From positions 1 through 64,000 of the forward strand of contig UYFQ01000479.1 of the NCBI GenBank assembly GCA_900617105.1: DNA of 64,000 nucleotides, in the 5' to 3' direction. The DNA is from Hydrurus foetidus (Eukaryota). The first letter of the stretch is position 1; every line of letters begins with the position of its first letter. The position numbers and the translations under genes are program-made. Shown here in pieces: positions 55,003 to 64,000 of the stretch. The notes under the pieces are model-generated. The model was not told the origin of the DNA, made no database searches, and saw only the letters and a program-made list of their open reading frames with translations.

Positions 55003-55336
55003 CGTCATGCAATTGCAATCGAAGGGCATTGCCGTCCTCTGAGAAGGATGGGTAACTGTCACGGTAGCTCGTATAAATTATCTTCATCCAGACCTTCCAA
55101 CTGCGACCATCAATGAGAAAAATCAAGACATGAGGGGGCGATTCTGGGTTTGTCCACAACATCCGGTGCAATCATCTCGTGCAGCGAGGACAAAACCACA
55201 GCTGTGAGTCTCTGGGATTACGAATCGTCCCGACGAGGCCTGATTGGTGTTGGAGAAGTCTCCTACCTTAATGGTCACAGTCGAGCGGTCAATAGGGTCG
55301 CCGCGTTCAGTAACTCGGGAGAGAGAATGATGTGTT
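55003..55336 (+). pseudogene. Degenerate WD40-repeat gene fragment (copy 1)
   Basis: IISCSEDKTTAVSLWD..LNGHSRAVNRVAAFSNSG, with GWVT upstream in another frame next to a stop. Near-identical inverted copy at 58917-59250. Confidence 0.6.
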
Positions 55337-56188
55337 TTATGATGACTTTCTTCATACCTCAAAAAAAAATTATGCACGCGTTGTTATCTGGTCGATTGCA
55401 CTGTATATGTACCGTTTGGTTTGGACAGTCTTTAGAATGCATCACTTCACGCTCTCACAATAATCAATAGATTTTATCTAATAGGTTGCAAAGGATTTGA
55501 ATCGATAGGATGTGAGGTAAAATTATTTGACCTAAAGAGAACCCAGTAATAATTTAGTGCTGGATTCACTTTGATCCTGAACCCAGACCATCAAATGGAA
55601 AAAAACACAGGACGAAAGACGCATACCACATAGACACTGACATTTTTCCTGTTCTTTTTCGTTATTTCTTGGAAGAAAGAGTACCTGTGACGTGATGTTC
55701 ACTGATTTGTGATGGCTTAACAGTGGACTAAATCACCAATAAATTCGAGCCTTGATCTACTGGTAGAAATGTCGAAAGAGGAATTCAAAGTCAGCTCCAA
55801 AGAAATCAACTCAACAAAAAGTCACAAAAGAATTCATGATCAATCTTCAAGATCAGCAGAGGAAGCACAGAGACCACAGCGTAATTTTGCATTTGAAAAT
55901 AGAGAATAGAAAATCGCAATAGAAACCGAATAACTCTTGTTATACAAAAGAAATTTAGTAATTACTTTTCTTTTATATTACATCAATTGAACCCGATGGT
56001 TAAATTAAAAACAGATTCAATACAGCGAACAGTATTGTAATTTGTTACACTCACAGCTCCTGCTGAAGTCAGCTGACGTATTCGCTTGTCTTTACAACAT
56101 TCATTCGCCCTGTTTGATTTTGAGGCCTCGCAGTTTACGTCAGATACCAATAATAAGATATATCAACATTTCTGAAAGATTTGTCCCC

Positions 56189-56843
56189 TCATTTCCTGTG
56201 AGATTTTTTAGTGGGCTTAACATAGATAGATTCAGTCTGCCCTTTTTCTTCCCTTCCATCGGGCGAAAATTGTTTGGCATCCTCAGATGTGGAACGTCTT
56301 GTCAGAGAATGTTCCTGTTTCTGAGATTCAGCTGCACTGGATGATCTGCGTGAAAGAATTTCCGCATACAACTCAACGTAGTAAGTCGGAGTAAACGTTA
56401 CTTCCACTTTCATGAAATCGTCGAAATCGGACTGAATTTCCAACTTTTCCTCATCTGAACTTGCCAGACTCAACAGTAGTACATGCTCCTCAATTCTCTG
56501 CAGATTATGGTAGTGATGTCAATCGCTAAGAAGATTTACTGCATGCACAATGTTTGATTACCTGTTCCCTATGTGCCAGTGCGAGTTGGTACACATTTGT
56601 CGCATGGTTTGACTTTCTGTATGCCACGTCCATGGCGCGGATCTCCCTCTGTAATTCAACATGACGCTGTTGTTTTCTGTCAGATCTCTGCAATTTGGTT
56701 GTTATTCTACGAGATTCTTCCAGCTCCCTTTTATCGACCTCCAATTTCCGCAGTGCCTGAGTCCTTTTGCGGCGTTTGGCTTGCTCTTCAGTCAGCTTTC
56801 TAGAGTCATACTCTGGCGACTCAAATTCATCCATATCCTCCAT
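56189..56843 (-). CDS. Uncharacterised charged/coiled-coil protein, 2 exons (about 196 aa)
   Basis: ORFs 56526-56843 and 56189-56473 join through intron 56561-56498. The intron position is conserved in the paralog. Confidence 0.65.
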
Positions 56844-57136
56844 TTGTCAGTCACTGGGCAGCAATAGATTGATTTGAGTTATGCTCCATGTTCACCATAC
56901 CACGTCAAACAATCCTTTGAAAATTGTGCACTCGAAAAACTAGAAAAATGTCATCGGGAGTCATCGTGAGGCTAACCCTTATGACGCCTACGGATTACCG
57001 ATTTTCTGTTTTCTCCCACAAGGCCGTGTGCAGCAACCATTGCAGTCGAATTGACAGCAAGTAATAATCTTGAGCCATCTGAAGGTTTCGGTCAGATGTT
57101 TATCAGCGTTGTCCAGCAAAAAACCGAGGTACAGTA

Positions 57137-58916
57137 CCGTCGAGTGCCATATGTTTTGTATTTGGACCGGTCGTTTGACATTTTTTCGTCGTTCTTTCAC
57201 ATAGTGGAACATAATATACTGACGAATGTCTTCCACCACAACTCAGTCAATATTGCACGACCATCAACTCTGAGCATTACTGCTGGTTTGACTCATTAGT
57301 AGCTAGTGCACTGGCAAATTTTTATTGGGATCCTGGCAACAAAGCTCGTAAACTCCGCGCTTGCAGATTTGCATCAAATCTTTCATCGTAAACTTGACGG
57401 TCGATTCTGATGGAACCACAAACGATGAGTAAGTTCTGAGCATTGCAGTCAAACGATAAAAGTGCTTTACAATCATTTGATCATTGCAATTCAGACGCCC
57501 CTTAAAGTAAAGCTTACATAATGTCCAGGCAAAAAGAAGGGCAAAACAAAGGACTATCAGCTATCTGCTGACTATTGCGCCTTCATGGTCGCTAGTATAC
57601 TAGCTAGATATGACTCGAAGTTGATAGGAAATGATATTCAATGGACAGCTTCAGAGCTCTGTGAGAAATTGAACAAATCCCTCCCGAAAAATTCAGCTAC
57701 GAAAGCTGATCTCTTTGTGGATACAGTTGCATTATCTCATGGGTTGTCATTATTCCAGAAGCAACTAAATAAAATGGGCCTCGATGCCATAATAGTATCG
57801 ACTAAATCTAAGTCTGTTCCTGACTTCTTCGATCTTACTGGCGCTCAGAGAACAATAGAAATCAAATTTAGTAATTACGACAATAGTAGCCGTCCTGAAT
57901 TAGAACCTTTTGCAGACCTGATGGCTAGAATGGTTCAGATAAGGAATTTTCTTTTTCTAAAGATTAATTACGAACCCTCTCCTCACTCATCTCCTCCTTC
58001 TGTGTTCGGCAATCTGTTCTACCCAGTGTTGTTAAAATTACTCAAGAAAAGTACGGACAAAAAAACCCGTACCGTACGTAAATCACCCTCAAAACTCCGA
58101 CAGAGAGCAATCAATCTAAGTGCAAATAAACTGGTCAATTCGATAAGAAGAGAAATTTGGTGAGAAGGACTGTTTATTTTACTTACAGTCTGCAATAAAA
58201 GTAGCAGTTGTAAGAAAAATTAAGTATGATGAAATGCTCACTAATAGCACACATGATGAAATAGAAAATGAAATTAGGGAGGAAGAAGATTCAGAAGAAG
58301 AACAAGAAGAAAAGGAAATAGCGAATATGATAACTGAAGATTTTGAAAATGATGAAAGAATAATTAAGGCATTTACTGACCTCCCGAGAAAATATGTATT
58401 GTTCGGTGACGAAGATCGTAAGAATGTTATTGAACTCTTCGAAATAGTGCGTGAAATCGCAATAAATTGCGACTATAAAGACGCCGACTTTGTTTCATCT
58501 TCAGTTGTTGCAAAGTTATTATCACAAGTACCGTATTACTCTCAAATTTCTGAGCGTACCATGAGGCGATGGTATACCTTAAGAACCAATACTGACAAGA
58601 AACCTGGTCGCAAAATAGATGAGTCATTTGAATCTGAAATATGGGGCAATTTGATGATGTGTGTGATCGAGAAAAATGCAGATGAGGTTAGTAAAAAATT
58701 CATCAAACTTTAATCATAAATTTAATACATAATTGACGATTTTACATTTGTGTATTTAATAGGATAAAAAAAAGGATGTCAGAGTTATTTTCAATGTTAC
58801 ATACTCATATCAAATAGTGGGAACAGCTGCAAGAGATGTACAAGCAAGAGAAATTTGGGCGAGTAATGAGGAAATACAAAATATGAAATTTACAAATAAA
58901 TGGATAAAAGCTGTCC
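57137..58916 (+). mobile_element. 5' part of a TIR DNA transposon with a truncated, intron-containing pogo/Tc5-like transposase N-terminus
   Basis: TA|CCGTCGAGTGCCATATGTTTTGTATTTG end. Spliced ORF 57410-58916 has HTH-like ISERTMRRW..KPGRK and CENP-B-like MKFTNKWIK. It stops at the inverted WD40 block; no DDE domain is seen. Confidence 0.65.
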
Positions 58917-59250
58917 AACACATCATTCTCTCTCCCGAGTTACTGAACGCGGCGACCCTATTGACCGCTCGATTGTGACCATTAAGGTAGGAGACTTCTC
59001 CAACACCAATCAGGCCTCGTCGGGACGATTCGTAATCCCAGAGACTCACAGCTGTGGTTTTGTCCTCGCTGCACGAGATGATTGCACCGGATGTTGTGGA
59101 CAAACCCAGAATCGCCCCCTCATGTCTTGATTTTTTTCATTGATGGTCGCAGTTGGAAGGTCTGGATGAAGATAATTTATACGAGCTACCGTGACAGTTA
59201 CCCATCCTTCTCAGAGGACGGCAATGCCCTTCGATTGCAATTGCATGACG
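58917..59250 (-). pseudogene. Degenerate WD40-repeat gene fragment (copy 2, inverted)
   Basis: 334-bp reverse complement of 55003-55336, with 2 mismatches seen. Confidence 0.6.
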
Positions 59251-59405
59251 CTGACGGATAAAATGTCGTCGTAGGCAATATCAGTCGATATCTACGAGTA
59301 AAGAGTAAAGTGAGTAGTGAGTAGGGAACACAACTGAAACCGGTACCCGCACTGGATTCGAAATAGATGCAGAATTCAATTCGATTAAAATGTTCATACT
59401 TTATA

Positions 59406-59609
59406 CCGTCGAGTGCCATATGTTTTGTATTTGACTTGTATGGTGTGGGGTAAAAATAGGTCGTTAGAGCACATTTACACATCATCGCAGTATTCATCGA
59501 CAGTAGCAGCTCATCTACCTTCCATACATCATAACTGAATCAATAATTGGAGTCGTCCGCTGATTTTTTTCCGAGCTTCATCTTTGATATCTGGTTGTTG
59601 GTTGCAGGC
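59406..59609 (-). mobile_element. Second end of the TIR transposon (probably the inverted right end), interrupted by the copia LTR
   Basis: The 28 bp at 59406-59433 are identical to 57137-57164 and also preceded by TA. Confidence 0.6.
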
Positions 59610-60117
59610 TGTGAGTCAGACTGTGGAGTGAAGCGAGCTACCTGTTGGCTGCGGAAGCGCAAAGGAAAGACTGGCTGATGGAAGTGGTCTCGGAAGACGT
59701 GTTTACTTACAACGATCAAGTAGTAAAACAACTGGCGATGATATCAGAGAAGACAACCATCAAAGAAGCAAAGCAAAGCATCCATTGTGCATGAAATGGT
59801 GATCGCCGAAGTGGAAACATATTCAGCGAATATTCAAGTTGGCGATTGAGCAATGGGCGGAACCCTCGCTGCTCATGAAATCGGATGCTTGGTGGAAACC
59901 GGATACCTGGTGGAAATCCGGATGCTTGGTGGTGAAAAACCGGATGCTTGGTGATGGCCCCGAAGGGGGATATCGCTAGAAGAACGATGAGCGTATGTAC
60001 ACAACAGTGTATGGCGGTGTTTTGGGTGAGGAAGCGCTACACTACTTGTGACATGTGAATGCTAATCTACAGATGAAACTATGCTAACAGATCATGCATG
60101 AATATGCTGGACTGACA
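59610..60117 (-). repeat. Putative 3' LTR of the copia element (about 508 bp)
   Basis: On the minus strand the PPT-like GGGGAG is followed directly by TGTCAGTC at 60117. The other end reads TGTGAGTC on plus at 59610, a 7/8 terminal inverted match. The partner LTR is outside the window. Confidence 0.65.
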
Positions 60118-63100
60118 CTCCCCGTAGTGAAGATGTAGCTGAACGTGTTATTGAGAGTATCGAAATGAATGATATGTGTATATATACTCCCCGTACTGAG
60201 GATGTACTCCCCGTACGAGAGATTTGGCAAAAAGTGTAAAAAGTTAGTTATAATATATGCGTGCACTCATATAAGATAGTAAAATTAGTACGTATGTTAG
60301 AAATATGGATATTAAGTATTTATGTTATTTAATATTAGTTCGTAAAGACTTGTCAACGAGCCTGTGCGTTAGGTATTCGAAAAGTGGTAGTGGAACTCTT
60401 TTCGTACCTATGTCTGAGTTGTTTTCGCCCGAAGGGATTTTAACAATGACACAGGTACCATCGGCGACTTTGTCCTTAAAGTAGTTTTCGCTCAGGTCAA
60501 TGTGACGAAGGTTCTTGGTCATGTGTGTATGATTTGAAGCATCAACACAAGCAGAATTGTCTTCTTCGATGACTGTAGGAGCTTGTGTCCATCCCATGTG
60601 GTTTAGTATGCCCCGGAGGGGAATGACATCGGATTTTAGTGCGTGATTAACTGCCTTGATTTCGGATTCTGCAGTTGATGATGAGATGCTGCCTTGGTCG
60701 GTACTCTTCCAGCAGATGACATTGTCGGCGAGGTAGCCAATGTAGGAGGTCTGGGAGTGACGGTTGTCTTTGTTACCGGCGAGGTCGGCGTCGCATTGGA
60801 ACTTCAACTGCAGTAGACTGGTCATCGTAGCGATGTCGGTGGGACCGTCGTGTGTGGTGAATTTCAGTCTATCCATCTTGGCGTACTTGACATATCGAAG
60901 TAAGTGCTTAAGAAACTTGATGTGTCGTGCACCTGGACTGTTACTATATCTGGATAGTATGTTGAGAGCGTACATGATTGTGATCAATGTGTGTACCATT
61001 CCGTACATAAGTTGACCAACTACCCGTCGGTAGGGATACTTATTATACATGTGCCTATCGAGATCGGTAGAGTTGTCCGCCTTGGACAGACTCTCACCAG
61101 AAGGTGGATATGGTAGATGCTCATCGGCGGCGCCAGCAAGGTTGGCCTCCGATACGATGGATGTGATCATGCGTGACTGATCCATGTAATAGTTGAAGTT
61201 TGCATCGCATGTAATGCGGATGCCGACGAACTCTTTGGAGGTCGCGTCGGTGACTTCATACTTGTGGGAGTTGAATGTAGCGATGAGGAGATCCCATTCG
61301 CTAATGAGTGCAAGTGGTCCGAACCATCTGAAGTCGTCTGAGTGTGCTATCAGTATCAGGGGTTGACCTTGGACCCACTTAAAGAAGAACTTTAAGTCCC
61401 ACGGTGTGTTTTCGTATCCACATTCGCGTACACATTTGTCGAATTCCTTTGAGAAATTCTGGCCAGCTGGTGGAAAACCGTATAGGTTGCCAATGGCTTG
61501 AAAGCATGTGCCAAAAGGTGTGGTGTAACCTTGAGGTGTCTTGATGTGAACGGGAAAGTCGGGGTCGGGGTTAGCGAGTGTGATTAAGTAGGCGCCTACT
61601 AAATCTCCTCCCCGCATGGATAATTTGTAGGTTGCGGCTATGACGAGTGCAATCTTGATCGATGACGCATTGACATTACCGCAGTATACTGCGTAGGGGT
61701 CGAAGTCGACCCAGGGTATCATGAGATCACCACGACCTACGAGGCGGGCCTTCTTGGTGCCGTCAGTCTTGATACTGAAGAGCCACATCATTGGTACGAG
61801 GTGCTGTCCGGTGAAGGGAACAGACCGGAAGCAGTTGTTGACTTCAAACTTAGTTCGCTCAGTGTTGATGGCCTGTTCCCACTCGGGGTACTGCATTGCG
61901 GTCCAGAAGTCTTTGGGGATGTAGGGATCCTTGATTTGGACTGCTATGTTGTAGTGCAGGACACGGAAGAGGTGAACAGGAAAGCATGTGGAAGAACTGG
62001 TGTAGGTGGACCAGTATATCATGTCATCGTTGACTGAGTGCTCTGTCTCAGCGACAGGGGTTATATAGTCGGGGTCGATAAGGGGTGCAGGTGAGGGGAG
62101 GCCGGGTAGGTCGACTCGCTCAGGCACCACAATAGGGTCATTATTATTATCAGTATAGTAGAGGGACGGGATGAGGGCGAAGGCCTCGTCGGTAGGGAAG
62201 TGTGCATCTGAGTCATGCTTGAAGTTGTTGTGCATGTCGAAGATGACATCCTTACTGACTCGAACAGTACCGTAGGTGTTCTTGGGTAGTATTTCTAATA
62301 CTAAATATTGTGGTACTAGTATAGATGTAAAACTATAACCAACGAACCGAGCACGGTAGGCACGAGGTGACCCAACTTTACTTTTCTGATCTTTGGGTGC
62401 GTGCTTGACATAGCAGGGTGCCCAGAATGGTCGAAGCATCCTGATGTCCACGTGTTGCCCAGAAGTGAAGTGATACGGAGAAGTACCAATACGCTTGTTA
62501 AGGTTAAAGGAATGAGTAACACATGCATAGGACATTGCAAGGTCCCAGAACTTCATTGGCACATGCGGAACAGGGGTTATCATGGCAACGTTGGTCTTGA
62601 GAGCTACAATGCCGACTGCTCGCTCAGCGATGCCGTTGGCATGTTTGTCACGAGGTGCAGTGTGCTCAAGTCGGTATCGGTATCGGGCGCAAAGCGCAGT
62701 AAATTCTTCAGATCGGTAGTTGGCCTCTGGGTCATGCCGGATGAAGCGATCAACCCCAGGGGTATTGTGGTTCCATTGGGGGTTAGGTCGAAGAAGGCTG
62801 CAATGCGGGCACAGAGTTCAGAGGCGGACCGGTCTTTTGTATATACAGGATAGTATTGTCCCGACGCGAGGTCGGTGAGGATGTGAGTGTAACGGTAGTT
62901 ACGGAATGATGGAGTCGAGTGGGTATAGGCATCCAAGGAGAACTGCTGGCCGACGAGGGTAGTTGTGTCTCTGTGGATGCGACGATAGTCTGTGGATGCT
63001 TGACGCATGGCGCCATGGGCGCATCCAGGACAGACCGGACGGGAGGTGTGTGCATCTTTGGTGGTGAAGCGAGCATTGAGGGAATGATCGCGGTGCCATG

Positions 63101-64000
63101 CCATGCCTGGAAGACCGGGGTGGCCTGTGGCTTGATGCACGTGGTCGTACAGTGAAGCGGGAGTATAGTGTGTGACCAAAAGACTCTCCCGAGTGGTTGG
63201 TCAGTAGGGAGTCTCCACGTAGAGGCCGTCTTGGACGGTTCCACGGGTGACCTCCTTTCCATGCTGAGCTACCAGTGCAATGTAGGGAAGGGCTGATGCA
63301 GTCTCATAGAAGCGGAAGTCTTTATGAGTGAAGATGCCGATGAAGTGGTCGTTGGTGACACCGCCAGCGCAGAACTGGGAGACAGAGACAAGGGTGCTGT
63401 CGCCTAGTGCAGGGAGAAGGAGGGTGCTAAGCTCCAACGGTCCGAGGCTGCCTTGGTGTGTTGGTGTCATGGACGGACCGAATGCAGGGGTGACTGTGAC
63501 GGATGTGCTGACAGGTTCAATGCTGGTAAGACGTTGGGAGCGGCCAGTGCCAGAGCGTGAAGCACCAGAGTCGAAGATGACTTTGTCGGGGACGTGGAAC
63601 GAGTTGAGTCTCTCATGTTGGGACTTGACGACGAATGTGTTGAGCTTTGAGTCGGAGGTACCGCCGGATGGTGCAGGAGGGCGAGCTGATGCAAGCGGAG
63701 GGCGAGTACTGTTGAAGGCATGTCGGACATTTGTCGAGCGTTGAGATCCGACTGGTGGAGTCATTCGGTGGCGCTGGGCACGAGGCATAGTGAAAGGCGA
63801 GTCGGATGCAAGTGGTTGCGCGGCTTGCCAACGTTTGAGTGACCCGGTAAGAGGGTCAGAGGGTGTCGATGGAACAGGTGGTAACGGAGTATTGAACTCC
63901 GGAAGCGAAGGGGGAATCGATGTGGACGGTGAGGCGGAAGAGGATGCTGACGAGGACGAGGTGGTGTCTTGACGCTTAGTGTCCCCTTGAGCCTGGTCGT
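59610..64000 (-). mobile_element. Ty1/copia LTR retrotransposon (5' part outside the window), probably defective
   Basis: Domain order is PR (IFDSGAS), HHCC (HQATGH..CPGC), IN DDE (LDAY, RHDPEA, IAERAV), RT (KKARLVGRG, GDLVGAYL, LYGF, HSDDF), RNase H (CDADLAG, TAESEI, EDNSAC, SDIGTK). In-frame TGA at 63201-63203 and a frameshift near 62785. Confidence 0.93.

Overview
Intron-rich eukaryotic nuclear DNA with short GT-AG introns. The gene content suggests a protist or alga, possibly a stramenopile; this is inference and was not verified. The first ~53 kb holds ordinary genes: an MMPL/RND-type transporter, a DENN+PH protein, an MTHFR-fold FAD oxidoreductase-like protein, a VOC/glyoxalase, ArfGAP2/3, a MORN protein, a RAD51D-like paralog, NAD kinase, choline/ethanolamine kinase, two head-to-head tyrosinase-like paralogs and two large unknown multi-exon genes. 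The last ~11 kb is rearranged and mobile. It contains a tandem segmental duplication with patchy near-identity, a truncated intron-containing pogo/Tc5-like transposase apparently broken by an inversion, and a Ty1/copia LTR retrotransposon with an unusual HSDD RT motif that runs off the window. A family of TA-flanked elements ending in CCGTC[G/C]AGTGCC occurs at four sites: two MITEs (one nested in another MITE) and both ends of the transposase element. I saw no CRISPR array, rRNA or tRNA and cannot claim a clearly new biological system. The best leads are the TIR family with its inversion, a 4x duplicated splice acceptor, and the patchy duplication. All exon models were read by eye; no searches were run.
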